From: Tetramitus jugosus
Lineage: Eukaryota > Protista > Heterolobosea
Assembly: GCA_937625935.1 (NCBI GenBank)
Contig: OW569356.1
Location: 186,001 to 250,000, forward strand
DNA: 64,000 nucleotides
Direction of reading: 5' to 3'
The translations under genes were made by a program, and so were the position numbers. The notes under the pieces are model-generated. The model was not told the DNA's origin. It made no database searches and saw nothing but the letters and a program-made list of their open reading frames with translations. The number at the start of each line of letters is the position of its first letter. Position 1 is the stretch's first letter. Positions 11,633-23,698 of this stretch are shown piece after piece.

Positions 11633-13182
11633 ATGAGGAAGAGTAAGAGCATTTCTTCTCAAATTAACCACATTTCCATTGCCGAGAGGCACATGTCGAA
11701 CCAATTTCAAGACATGCTCGAATCGCCTTCTCCATTGACTTCAGCCACTACGGTTGACTCTTCAGCTCAGAAAGTCACACATTTACCGTTGGAAGAAATT
11801 GTGAATAGAAAACCCCTCAGAGCTTATTATCTCAAGTTTTTGCAAGCTTCTCGTTGTCCAGGTATGTTTGCTTCAAAACCACTTACTTGTTCTCTCCACA
11901 ACATATTATAGTTTGAATTCAAACACGTCAATGAAGATGTTGGAAGCTAACAGTGATTGAAATTCCAACCCATGTAGAACCGTTGCTCTTCATTGAAAGG
12001 ATTGAACTGTATTGTACGCTAGAGTCCGACGAGGAGCGTTACAAAGGCGCCTCTGACATTTTACGGAGTTTTGTAAGAAATGGCGCCAAACATGAGCTCA
12101 ACCTTTCACAAGAGCTAAGAACATCTGTTGTGAGTGAGTATGATACACAATTGTCCAAAACAAATTGTTGTATTCACTTCTTTGACCGTTTACTGTCTCA
12201 AGTCATGATTGAACTCAAGGAGGACACGTATGCTCGTTTTCTGCGCTCCGAGTACTATTTGGAGTGTCTGAGCTTGAGCAACACATCGACTCCTGCATCT
12301 CCAATGACCCCTTCAAGTTCGTTGACCATTGATGTTGTTTCTGCGCGTGCCGCTAGCGCACTTACCCCTTCACCAGACTCTCCCACTCTGGACGCCATGA
12401 GCTCAACTGAGCAAGAGAATGGACTTGATGTGTCCACTCCAGTGTTCGTCGCAGCAGAAGTCCAAAAAATTAAGGACTGGGGACTGAGTGAGACAAAGAT
12501 ATGCAACACTGTGTGGCAACTCAAGACAAAGAAGAAGGAAGCAGTAGTGTACATTAGTAAGAGGCCAGTTGTAATGAACAAGAGGTCAAGAGCAATGAAA
12601 ATGTGGAAGTTGATTGGAGAGCTGTCTTATCCAGTTGACCTCGTGTTCCGAGCAGCCATTAGCAGTGACCTGCGAATTAAGAATGATGGAAATCTGTGCG
12701 ATGTGAAGCCCATTGATTTTATCTGCTCGCCAGATTCACCGTACGCAACCAGTTTAACTCTAGAGGAATTTCGGTTCATTGGTCTGGCCAATAGACGTTT
12801 CATCTTTTGTGCAACGATATGTGAAGAAAGGATGAGTAACAACTGGAAGCGAATAATCATTGCGAGAAAGTGCTTGAGTGAGCATGAAGCAGTCGCTCCG
12901 TCCAAGTCATTGATTACTGGTGAGTGTACCGGTGGATACATATTTGAGCAAGCAAATGATGAAAACACCAAAACGAAATATTATGAAATTGGTACAGTTG
13001 ATATTAAGGGAGTGCTCCCTTCGTGGCTACTAAATCTGGGTGTATCATCCAGAGGAACACAATTTCACGACGGATTAAAAAAGAGTGTGGAAGAATATAT
13101 GAAACAGCCCAGAATCGACGATGTTCGGTATTTGGACCTCCTCGAGCACTCGAAGAAATTTGTACAAAAAAGCATGCAGTAA
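11633..13182 (+). CDS. RGS-domain + START-like domain protein (2 exons)
   Basis: Intron 11862-11977 gives FLQASRCPEPLLF; RGS ELNLS...ELKEDTYARFLRSEYY; C-terminal START-like ...TVDIKGVLPSWLLN. Confidence 0.82.
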
Positions 13183-13338
13183 ACCAGTGGAAAATATCCA
13201 AATCTCCCAATGTTTTTATAACCTCTGATTCCCCAACATATGCATTGTAAGTGACAGTTGAAATAGCGTTGTTTCTCAAGCGCGAAAACATTGTTCGCTC
13301 TTTATCCCGCTCCTTGTGCTTTGGCCAACAAACCAACA

Positions 13339-14004
13339 ATGGGCCCTGCAGCAAAAATGACAAACAGTGAACACTCCAACAACAACAACAACAATAGCTA
13401 TGACCTATTCAAGGACTCTCCCATGAGATACCTCGGTTACACGAACGAACTTGGTGAGGCCTTCAGAGCATTCATCCCAAAGGGTGTTGTTCTTGCAACT
13501 TATGCCATCGCCACAGCTTATGCCATGGGAGATGCAGCAGACAAGGGTTACAAGGCATACACACAACCATTATCGCCATTCACAACTACAACACCAACTG
13601 AAGCTGGAAGTGTAGATGACGCAACAACAACAACAACGAGCACCAATCATTCTGCACGTAATTGGCATGTTGCTGAGCGTACAACTGATACGGCTATATG
13701 GCAGCTCCTTGCCTCTGTGACTGTTCCTGCCTATATTATCAATAGAGTGGTGCATGCAACCAACTGGTCTCTGAATCGATTTGTTCATGCAGGAAGTGCA
13801 TGGAGAGGAAGAGGCATGTTCAAAATGATTCCAACGTTGGCTGGTTTGGCTGTTATTCCAATTTTGCCTCATGCTTTGGATCCTGTGATTGATTTGGCAA
13901 TGGACAACACGACGAGACCATTGTTCAAGACTCTGATGGAGAAGAATTTGCAACAACAGCGAAAACAGCAACAAACAATCAGTATTGAAGGTGAAGCACA
14001 ATAA
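13339..14004 (+). CDS. MTFP1: Mitochondrial fission process protein 1 (MTP18 family)
   Basis: YDLFKDSPMRYLGYTNELGEAFR, DTAIWQLLASVTVP..IINR, PTLAGLAVIP. Confidence 0.88.
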   Translation: MGPAAKMTNSEHSNNNNNNSYDLFKDSPMRYLGYTNELGEAFRAFIPKGVVLATYAIATAYAMGDAADKGYKAYTQPLSPFTTTTPTEAGSVDDATTTTTSTNHSARNWHVAERTTDTAIWQLLASVTVPAYIINRVVHATNWSLNRFVHAGSAWRGRGMFKMIPTLAGLAVIPILPHALDPVIDLAMDNTTRPLFKTLMEKNLQQQRKQQQTISIEGEAQ

Positions 14005-14437
14005 ACCAACAACATGTTTTTTGCCACAAACAACATTAATCACTCACTTTGGAATGAGATTAATGGAGATGAAATATGTCGCTGTCCGAACAATCGGATA
14101 TCATGTGATCCGTTAGACTTTTTGATATCCAGCCAAAAGTGTGAAAGACTGATCATTCCACAGAGGAGATTTTCACTCTTCCTTACCGCACCACAACGAC
14201 TCCTGCAAGATCTCAACTTCATGCTTGGGGAGGGAATAAAGTACCTGCAGACCAAAATCGTATCACGGGAGCAACGTAAACTTTGGAATATCCCCAGAAA
14301 ATTTTTTCTGCTGCGGTCCCTCACAGGCAGATTCATCAACCTCATGTCATGCACACAGTGTGAACAGACCTCCCAATCATTAACAAAAGAACACACGAAC
14401 ATTGTACATCTAATCACCACTTGAAAACAATAAGATC

Positions 14438-15904
14438 ATGATCAAAGGAAAACAAGTACTCGCAAAAGCTTTGTCGCAATCCCGATTTTTCTCTACAGTT
14501 GGCGCCAAAAATCATGGTGCGTCAGGTGTGGCCGCCATTGAAGCTTACTTTCCCAACCAATATGTGCTGCAGTCAGAACTAGAGCAACACGATGGTGTTA
14601 GCTCTGGCAAGTACACAAAGGGATTAGGTCAAAACAGAATGGCATTCTTGTCAACCGATCGTGAAGACACAGTTTCCATGTGCATGACTGCTGTTCACAA
14701 CTTGTTAGACAAGTATGATATTGATCCAAAGCTTGTGGGTCGCTTGGAAGTTGGCTCAGAGACTCCAATTGACAAATCCAAGAGCATAAAGTCCAATTTG
14801 ATGCCAATCTTTGGTGAACATTCTGATATTGAAGGTATTGACAATGTTCATGCTTGCTATGGTGGTACTGCTGCTCTGTTGAACAGTTTGTATTGGTTGG
14901 AAGCAAACAAGGCGATTCATGCAAACAGCAACAAGAAGAACAAGCAACCATATGCCATTGTCGTGTGTGGTGATGTGTCAAATTACAAGGATAAGGCAGC
15001 TAGACCTTCTGGTGGTGCCGGTGCTGTTGCTATGCTCTTGTCTGCCAATGGAGATGCTCCTTTGCACATTGATTTGAGCAAGAAGGCTTCTCATTATGAT
15101 CACGTGTATGATTTCTATAAGCCAGATCCTGTTTCTCCTTTCCCAATCGTCGATGGTCACTATTCCAACAGTTGTTACTTGGATTCGTTGGACAAGTGTT
15201 ATCAGAGATTTTTGGCAAAGTTGGAAGGTGATCAAGTGGATTTGTCAAGCTTTGATCACGTTTTATTCCATGCTCCATACAACAAGCTCGTCCAAAAATC
15301 ACTTGCTCGACTCGTGTTCAACGATGCAAGAATTTTGAAACAGTTGCCAAAGTATCTAGAGTCTGTTCAAGTGGACGAGGCAACCATTTCCAAGGTGGAA
15401 CCATTGTTGCATCTCGTGGGTGAAGCATCCTTTACGAACAAGGATATTGAGAAGGTGTTTGCAGTTTTATCGGCCGAGTTGTACAAGAGTAAGACTGAGA
15501 GCAGCACTACACTTTCCAAGGAGCTAGGAAATTGTTATACTGCGAGCTTGTATGCCGGTCTTGCAAGTTTGATCAATAATGAAGGTAAAAACTTGGAGGG
15601 CAAAAAGTTGGGCATGTTCTCTTATGGATCTGGTTCAGCTGCTACCCTGTATGAGGCAAGAGGTGTCGCTGCTGATGGTCAGTTCTCATTCGAGAAGATG
15701 CAAAAGGCTCTTGACTTGGACAATAGATTGAACAGCAGAGCCAAGGTCGATCCTGTACAATATGAGGCTGTGATCCGAGCAAATGTGGATCGATATCATA
15801 AGTGTGACTTTAAGTCTGACAGTTCCATCGATTTATTGAGTGATGGCACATATTACTTGGAGTCAATTGATTCCCTTTGGAGAAGAACATACAACCGTAA
15901 ATAA
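14438..15904 (+). CDS. HMGS: Hydroxymethylglutaryl-CoA synthase
   Basis: GKYTKGLGQ, GRLEVGSET.IDKSKS, catalytic ACYGGTAAL, FHAPYNKLVQKS, GNCYTASLY, FSYGSG. Confidence 0.96.
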   Translation: MIKGKQVLAKALSQSRFFSTVGAKNHGASGVAAIEAYFPNQYVLQSELEQHDGVSSGKYTKGLGQNRMAFLSTDREDTVSMCMTAVHNLLDKYDIDPKLVGRLEVGSETPIDKSKSIKSNLMPIFGEHSDIEGIDNVHACYGGTAALLNSLYWLEANKAIHANSNKKNKQPYAIVVCGDVSNYKDKAARPSGGAGAVAMLLSANGDAPLHIDLSKKASHYDHVYDFYKPDPVSPFPIVDGHYSNSCYLDSLDKCYQRFLAKLEGDQVDLSSFDHVLFHAPYNKLVQKSLARLVFNDARILKQLPKYLESVQVDEATISKVEPLLHLVGEASFTNKDIEKVFAVLSAELYKSKTESSTTLSKELGNCYTASLYAGLASLINNEGKNLEGKKLGMFSYGSGSAATLYEARGVAADGQFSFEKMQKALDLDNRLNSRAKVDPVQYEAVIRANVDRYHKCDFKSDSSIDLLSDGTYYLESIDSLWRRTYNRK

Positions 15905-15910
15905 ATTATT

Positions 15911-17182
15911 CTAGGTGGCTCTTGTCACTTTCATTCTGAAGAACACAACTACAATAATATAGGCGAACAGAACACTGACAAACGTGCAAGTGTTGGTATT
16001 CAGATCGTGAAGGGAGCTGACTTCGATATAGGGAGAGTTCAATGTGCTTGAAGCATACCTGGCTGCCTCATCATATCCCACTTGACGCTCAGAATCTAAA
16101 TCCCCCTTCAGTCCGACCAGCACGTATTCCACAAAAGGATTGCAATTGAGTAGCATCTTTGATTTCTGGAGCCATACACTATCCACATTTTCGAAGCTTT
16201 GTCGGTTCGTAATATCGAAACATAGCAAAAAGCAGTTGCTGTGACCCATGTTGGTCAACAATGGTCGATTAAATGTTTCGACTCCTGTAGTGTTCCACAC
16301 CTCCAAATTCGCCTTATTCTCAAACTTTGAATATTTACAATACACGTTGTACACACATGACAGAGCACCTCTCGATTGCCTGTCAATAAATCGATTGTGA
16401 CAAAATCGATTGAACAAGGCTGTCTTTCCTATATTTTCATCACCACATATACATAATTTGATCGATTTTGGTTCGGCATTCTCATTTCTGTGCTTAATCT
16501 CCAGTAATTGATCTGCAGAGTACGTCCCCACAATATTCATCACATATTGACTCCAAAAGTGAAACAGCAATTTTCCAGGCATCAAAAACCTCCCAATTGC
16601 TCTTTTTGAAACATTCCACATGTGTCCCAACATTTTCCGAACAAACATGGGATCAAACACAGAGTGTACCATGGGCTCACTCGCATTCGTTCCACCACTA
16701 TCACTCGTAGACTCAACAATGGATGGTAGATTGATGCGTCGACCAGAAGCAGCAGTCACATAATGTTGTTGCTGTATTTGCTTCATTCTCACCTTCTTCT
16801 CCTTTAGCAGTGTATCAATATGCTTGTCCTTGTCTTCTACAGCTGTTCGATCAATAATGTAACGAAACAGCAAATTATCATAGAAGTGATTGAGGGGAGC
16901 AGAGTTTGGATGGAAAGTGTCCTTGCATTCCTGTATATAGTCGAGTATGGTGCCTCTGAACCATATGCCCTGATTGCTCTGTAAAATACTGGCGCGCCAA
17001 AAATGACAAACTCGCGCCAAAATATAAACCGTTTCAAATGGGGTCAAGTACTGTGACATGTAAAAAATGACATCTGGTGAGATCACTTGATTAAATGGTG
17101 CCAATGTTGTTGTCGTCATGCTTGTTGTTGCTATATTGTTTTGGTGGCTTTTTGTTTTCTGTTGAGTTCCAGCTGAGTTCAT
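15911..17182 (-). CDS. F-box-like + Ras/Rab-like small GTPase fusion
   Basis: F-box-like ISPDVIFYMSQYL...ARVCHFW; C-terminal G-domain GDENIGKT, VWNTTG, LLCFDITNRQSFENV, VGLKGDL, YIEVSS; extreme 3' end may be spliced. Confidence 0.78.
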   Translation of the reverse strand: MNSAGTQQKTKSHQNNIATTSMTTTTLAPFNQVISPDVIFYMSQYLTPFETVYILARVCHFWRASILQSNQGIWFRGTILDYIQECKDTFHPNSAPLNHFYDNLLFRYIIDRTAVEDKDKHIDTLLKEKKVRMKQIQQQHYVTAASGRRINLPSIVESTSDSGGTNASEPMVHSVFDPMFVRKMLGHMWNVSKRAIGRFLMPGKLLFHFWSQYVMNIVGTYSADQLLEIKHRNENAEPKSIKLCICGDENIGKTALFNRFCHNRFIDRQSRGALSCVYNVYCKYSKFENKANLEVWNTTGVETFNRPLLTNMGHSNCFLLCFDITNRQSFENVDSVWLQKSKMLLNCNPFVEYVLVGLKGDLDSERQVGYDEAARYASSTLNSPYIEVSSLHDLNTNTCTFVSVLFAYIIVVVFFRMKVTRAT

Positions 17183-17295
17183 CTCAATTTGCCGCCAAAA
17201 AAATCAGGTCTTCTAAATATGATTTCGATGCACAAAACTCCTTCCACCAATCAGAGCTCACAAAAATTGAACAACGAACAAGAAGCAAAGACACA

Positions 17296-18744
17296 ATGGG
17301 CCTTCAACGGATACATTTGGTCTTTTTGGTCGTGGGATACTTTCTCGCCTATATTAACATTCCTGCACCATGGTTCGTCACCATTGTCACTCTGCTCTAC
17401 TTTGCTTCTCCGTCATCTGCCTTCCTTTTTGGTAGTTATGGCACTGCAGATTCGCATGCACATGGCAGAGGATCTACGAATACTAGACCGGCATCTCGGA
17501 GATATACTGCCTATCGATCAGGCAGTTCCAATGATTCTTCTCGCAATGGAATCCTGTGCTTTAACAATGTCATGGAAACAGTGTGGGCTGGTTGGGACGC
17601 AGAAGGAATTCAATTGCGAGTCAATCAATGGTTGAATGATAATAAGCCATTGAAGGGATTGATGGAGTCGTTGATTGTGTCAAAATTAGATATGGGCAAT
17701 GATAAGCCACCAGTGATTACCATGATTCAATGCATTGAAAATACGCATAAATCGACAGTGATTGAGGCACATTTCGAATATTCGGGTGATATGTTTTTGG
17801 AGTGGATGATGAGGCCGAGCGTTCTTCCGTTTGATCTCAGATGTCTCGTTCATCATTTGTTTGTGAGTGGTCGATTGAGAATTCAGATTTATTATACGGA
17901 GAGAGATGATGTGACGGATGAAGAGAGTATGAACATTATTAATCGATTGACTGTATCAAAGGTTGATGTTTCATTGTCAGAGTATCCAGATATAGACGGT
18001 GAGGTTCAAATGTTTGATTCATTAGACTTAAAGTCACTGTCCCAGGCGATTCCATCTCTCACGCACACTCTGAAAAGGAGATTTAAGGAAAATGTAATGA
18101 TGTTCGTATATCCAAACACCATTCCTCTGTATGCTTCTGGGGATGCTGATTTGGATACGAGGAAGAAATCTGCAACATCATCCAAAGCCGCTCGTCAAGC
18201 ACAAATGGGATTTGATAAGACTGATATGGAAGACCTGGAGGATGAATTGCGAAATAATTTATTAGATATCAATCAATTGTTAAAGATGAGCAAATTGAAT
18301 ACGGGAGACAAGAGTCCAGAGGCTGTCAAAATTGAAGTATGCGAGTCAGTGCTGCGGTTTTTGAAAGCAGGTCAAGAACCAGGCAGAATTCCAGTGAGTC
18401 TCATGGATACAGTGAAGCGAGGATTCGGTATCTTGAATGTGCTAGTATTTGGAGAAAAACCTGTGGAGGGAGCAGCGTTAGTTACAGGTAACATACTCGA
18501 TCTGTTGGCAAAAACGAAAAAGGAGGTTGACGAACAAATATTGGACATTATACTTAGACCTGAAAATATGACATTCATTGGAGATGTGTGCAGGGTGTGC
18601 TCTCTAGCAGACGATTTAGTGCGGAATATGTTTAGAGTTGAGGATAAGCAGGTCAGATCCAGAGTGAATCAAGTGTTGCGAGAGTTAAGTCTGCAAGACA
18701 TTCCATTTATTGTCATGAACAGACAAAGACCAACTGACGACTGA
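17296..18744 (+). CDS. SMP-domain (tubular lipid-binding) membrane protein
   Basis: Two N-terminal hydrophobic segments, then FNNVMETVW, SKLDMGNDKPP, VSGRLRI, MFVYPN as in synaptotagmin-like SMP domains; helical C-terminus. Confidence 0.65.
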   Translation: MGLQRIHLVFLVVGYFLAYINIPAPWFVTIVTLLYFASPSSAFLFGSYGTADSHAHGRGSTNTRPASRRYTAYRSGSSNDSSRNGILCFNNVMETVWAGWDAEGIQLRVNQWLNDNKPLKGLMESLIVSKLDMGNDKPPVITMIQCIENTHKSTVIEAHFEYSGDMFLEWMMRPSVLPFDLRCLVHHLFVSGRLRIQIYYTERDDVTDEESMNIINRLTVSKVDVSLSEYPDIDGEVQMFDSLDLKSLSQAIPSLTHTLKRRFKENVMMFVYPNTIPLYASGDADLDTRKKSATSSKAARQAQMGFDKTDMEDLEDELRNNLLDINQLLKMSKLNTGDKSPEAVKIEVCESVLRFLKAGQEPGRIPVSLMDTVKRGFGILNVLVFGEKPVEGAALVTGNILDLLAKTKKEVDEQILDIILRPENMTFIGDVCRVCSLADDLVRNMFRVEDKQVRSRVNQVLRELSLQDIPFIVMNRQRPTDD

Positions 18745-19260
18745 TCTGTAGTTACCGCCTGTCTCCACTCACCAGGCACGAAAAATCTGGGCGCCAGATC
18801 ACTGAAAGGAAAAATATGTCCAAAGCTATTTGAGCTTTCATGTTTTACAAAGTGAATCTTTTCGCTTCAAATAATGAAATATTCACAAAGCAAAACTCAG
18901 CCTGGCTGCACATTAAAATTAGAAGTGCTGTGTGTTCATCTCCCCACAACAGTTGGCTCCCGACAATATTCCATCAGCAAATCATTGTTCCTGTTGATAT
19001 TTGACAACGTCTCTGCGAGAGAAAAGGACATATCCAGACCTATTAGACATATTAGAGTGCAACTCTCAGAGCTTAAAACTTCGTTTATAGCATTGATCGT
19101 GTCGTTGGTATCACAAATCCAGGCCCATTAGTCATCGCACACATATTCATCACCATTCGTCATAACTTTGTGATCCACGTTGATCAACACCACAGAGTCA
19201 ACCCGCAACACAACAAAACACTTTTCCCAAGGTTTTCCACCTTATCTGTCCACAATTGCC

Positions 19261-22200
19261 ATGAGCGATCTAAACCATTCTCACACCAATAATCATCAGA
19301 GCTATCCTCAACAACCAGTCATCATCAACAATAATCCGAATGATAGTAAACATCCAACACCCAAGGTCCCAAGCGCACCACTACCACCTCCAGTACAATT
19401 AACAGCAACGACAGCATCCAAATCGAGTTCCTTATCCGATTCAAAGAGCAGCAACAAACAATCCAATGTTATTGCCCCTCCTCTATTGTATCCCTCCTTG
19501 TTCGAAGCATTGAGAACGATACCATCATCTTCATCATCTGCATTTCCGTTCGGCATGCCTGCACCACCCAAATTACCCTCATCGTCATCTACGACAACAA
19601 CAGGTTCAGTACAACGAAAGAACTCACAATCTTCTCCTTCGTCATCAGGTGCTGCAACAACAATGACAACGACTGCTTCTCCACCTACTCCCTCCTCTTT
19701 GATCTCATCTAGTGCATCCAATAATAATAATCAATTTAAGAATGCAATGAAACGAAAGGACTCAACAGTGACGACCGGTGCACCACGAAGAACATCCATA
19801 TCATACACCTCTCCTGTTGCACCTCCTTCCTCGAATCAACCACCACCGTCCTCCATGCCTTCATTTCCTTCATCTTCTTCCACTGATCCAATGATGATGA
19901 ATGATTTTTCTTCGGGTCCATTTGCTTTCCCCTCGATCGCATCATTTGCCCCACTGTTTGAAACAAAGGGAATTCCGCAACCTCCCCCGTCAATGCTCTA
20001 TTCCGAGATTCCAAAGCCTCCCAGCAGTTCAAAGAGCCGGAAAACAAAATCATCTCCATCGACCCATTCGTCACCATCATCTTGGCCAAAACCAAATCCC
20101 CCTCCTTCTCTCGTCGTAAGTGGTGATCTGAATCCCAATCATTCATCATCGTCATCTTTGTCGTTGTCATCTTCTGCTTCTTTGAATCATTTTGAATCAG
20201 CAGCAAACAAGCGAAGAAAACCATCTCAACCGATTGAAGAACAATTATCATCCAAGGAGGGAATCAAGCAACAAGTGGATTATGGAAACGATAGTGAACA
20301 ACAGAGCATAAAGGATCCATTTGCTATACGGAGGAGGCAAGATCAATTTCAACCGGTTCCCCATTTGCCCACAATGATCGATCCGTATAATCTACCCGCG
20401 TTCTATTCTTTCTTTCGGCATGAGAAGGGACTAGTAGATGTGGATGGATCAAACAAAGATGTAGGGATTGTGATGCGGTTGGATGAGAGAATGAAAAGTG
20501 TGGATCAACCTGTTCGAGCACAGTTGACCATTCATGAAGTAACCAAGCAATATTTTCCAGCTTTGAAGGTGCAGTGTTGGCTGTGCGAAACGTTGATGAA
20601 TCAAATTGGTGAAGTAGATGCATCGGGTTTGAGTGTGCTGTTGGATGTACCCGTGCCTGTTGAGGAGAGTCCCTGTCTGCTAAGTTTCGACATACCTCAG
20701 TTTCATTACACTGGGAAGAATTTTAACAATAAGAACGTTCGACAATATTTTCGATTCGTTTTGATCAACACCACAACGAACACCATGGTTTCCTTTGTTG
20801 ACTCTGCTCTGTTTAGTATGAAGTTTGAATCTGATCATGCTTCCATCGACCAACAGGCTGCAAAGAAGATTCAGAACGCTTTACAGTCCTTCCAAGCGAT
20901 ATCACAGCTGGGGCGAGCTGCTCCACCACCTCCACCGTTGAATCCCAATGTTGAACAGTCAGAACAGTGGACAAGAGAAAAGTTTGTGGAAGTTTCAGTT
21001 GAAAATCTATCATTCCAGAGTGAATTGTTCTCTGAACTAGTGCGGAAGCCAGAACAACGAGACTTTGAGACGGTTCGAAACATCTTAGCTAAAGTGTTAA
21101 CTCATGGCAAGTGGCACAAGATGTTGTGCGATTTAGATCTGTTTCAATCGACTTCTTCACACTCTGATCACCAATTGAAGCGAACCTATCAACCGAAACT
21201 CAAGCATTCTGCAAAACGAATGGCGTATGATCCCACGCTCATTTATCCCAACAAACGAGCGAGATACATACCCGATTATCAACAATTTTTGACCAAACCC
21301 GCATGTATATTGTCGTTGTGTGATTCTTACGGACCAACTGTCGGAGGTACATCCGTTCAAATATATGTCAACGAATTAGATCTTATTGATCCCGATGGCT
21401 TAACGCTGCGCTTCGGATCCATCACAGTTCCTAGAGAAGATATATTCTATGTGTCTCCAAATGAAGTTCGGTGCTTACTTCCGCCACAGTTCGAAGAAGG
21501 AAACTACGATGTGTCAATATCTGTCGATGATGAAGTACAGGGCTTTTCCTTTGTTCATAAGGAGGGATTCAAGTACGTTCAACTAGGCCAATATATTAAT
21601 CGAAAGAGAGAGGCTGGTGAACCGTTTTGCACTGACATTCTTCAGATGAAAAATCCCATGCTCATGTTCTCCTCAGTAGCACTTGATGAGTCGTTGTTGA
21701 ATGCTGCAGAAACGAATCAATTATACAGTCTAGCGCGAGGAGAGAAGAAGCATTCCATATCTCCTTCAGTCACGCCTTGTGAGGAAGGAGAAGATTGTTC
21801 GTTTATATTGTATGCCCATTACAAGGATGGAACTACAGTCGAAGTAAACCTCGAAGAACAAGGAGGAAAAGTCAGGGTGGCTGATGAAATTCGTTATGAG
21901 ATTGTTGCTACTTTCAGCAATCATAATAAGTCATATCAAGTTCCTCACAGTGTTGATAAGATACAGTGGTTCATTAAGAGTGGTACAAAGAATAATTCCA
22001 AAGAACCAACCCAGATATCTTCTGCAGAAGTGGACAACAGAGACAGAGGAAGACTAATCTCAAAAGACGATGAATTCACAACGATTCACATTCCTATAGT
22101 TTTGAATGACGATATTATTTCGAAATACAAAGGATTCAAAAAGTTAGTTTTGCAACTAGTCGATTCAGAGAGTCAAACAACAGTTTATACGTCGAAGAAC

Positions 22201-23691
22201 ATTGTTTTTCACACAAGGAAACAGTATAATAGATCGCCAAAGGGCGAAACACAAGAAACTCGAGAGTTAAAACAGTACCATCAAACATTGAAGGAACAGA
22301 GTCGTAATTATATTCAACATGTTCAAATGGCGCAATGGAATTCGATGGGGCAGAGTCCTTTGCATCGTGCATGTTTTTCAGGGAGTATACGCGAGATTGA
22401 AGAAGCAATTAGAGATGGATACTCAGCGACAACTTGCGATTATTTTGACCGAACTCCGATGCATTATGCTTTTGCGTCAGGTTACTTGAATGCTGCCAAG
22501 CATTTGTTGAGGAGAATGCCAGAATCTCTCGAGACGCTCTTGTATGAAGATTTTTATTATCTGACCCCATTTCATCTGGGTGTGAAGTACAATCGAATTG
22601 AGTTCCTGGATGAGATTAGCGATTTTATTAGGAAAGAATTCCAATTGTTTTCTATGAAACAACCACCGACAATCATTGTCACGGATACTAATAATGACAC
22701 AGAGAATCACAGTATTCACGTGGAAACGAAGGAACTGAAGCAAGAGGAAATTCTTCATCCTTATGTAGATATTTTACCCGAGCAAAATAACAGCAGTGGA
22801 GAAGAGGAGGAGGCCATAATCGAACAAACCGATTCTCTAAGCTCAACACCGGAGTCTCCCTGTGAGATTACACCTTGCTTCCAACATTGCAAAGGAGACT
22901 GTCCTCCACTACAGATTGAACAATCTGCAACCATAACCAATGCACGACCCACAACCAAAACTCCCAATCTAGCTCCCATTTCTACACTTCGGACATCGCA
23001 TATTGCACCTTCAGATGATGAAGACCAACTATTTGTGGCCACCATCACCCCATTTCGTAACAGGTAATATTCTGTGTAAAAAGTTGTTGTTTCTGTGTTT
23101 TCTTGCCTCACTAACTAGCTTCATTATAGATCAGTTCAGGACTTAAGAGCCGTAGAGGAAATGAACAAGCACCCCTACAAGTATCAGGTGAGGTTGTCAG
23201 CATCGATGGACAAAGTCCTTTTTGATCCCTCATTGCGTACCCTTCCCAACATGCTTGTTTATTGGGAGTTGTATTCTGAGAATGGAGATCACATTCCGAA
23301 TGGCGTTAACTCCTTGTCAAAGCCAGAAATTACCTTCAAGGAGGGAGTCGGAGTGAACATCGAAGTATCTTTTAGTTTAATGTATTGTTCTCATAATTTG
23401 AAGAATAGTCGGTTCGTACTCAAGTTGCTTTGTGCATCGGTTCTTGATCCCAATGTTACACGCGTCCTCTATTCTAGTAATCCAATTACCGTGTACGCAC
23501 GTCGAAGAACAGGAGACCCGTCCTCTTCGAAGAATTCCAAGACTAGCGAAGGTAAGCAACAGGAATTAGAACAAGACACGAGCAGTTCTGAAAGTACAGT
23601 GGCCAGTGATAATAGTTTCACTCAGTCTGCATCTGTTCACCAAGACGAGCCAGCCTATGTCACAACGAACTATCAAACCAACAACTGGTGA
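19261..23691 (+). CDS. Large IPT/TIG + ankyrin-repeat protein, putative transcription factor (2 exons)
   Basis: Pro/Ser-rich N-terminus; IPT (GPTVGGTSVQI...VRCLLPP..GNYDVSISVD); ankyrins (GQSPLHRAC, RTPMHYA, LTPFHLG). Intron 23064-23129 (GTAATA...CTAAC...TAG) joins ORF 19180-23067 in frame to ORF 23161-23691. Confidence 0.8.
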
Positions 23692-23698
23692 TAATGTT

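Noticed and set aside
14014-14424. Overlapping 136-aa (+) and 126-aa (-) ORFs, and inverted repeats TGGAATGA/TCATTCCA with a CTGA (C/D snoRNA-like)
   Set aside because: No protein motifs and no canonical C box (RTGATGA); most likely the HMGS promoter spacer.
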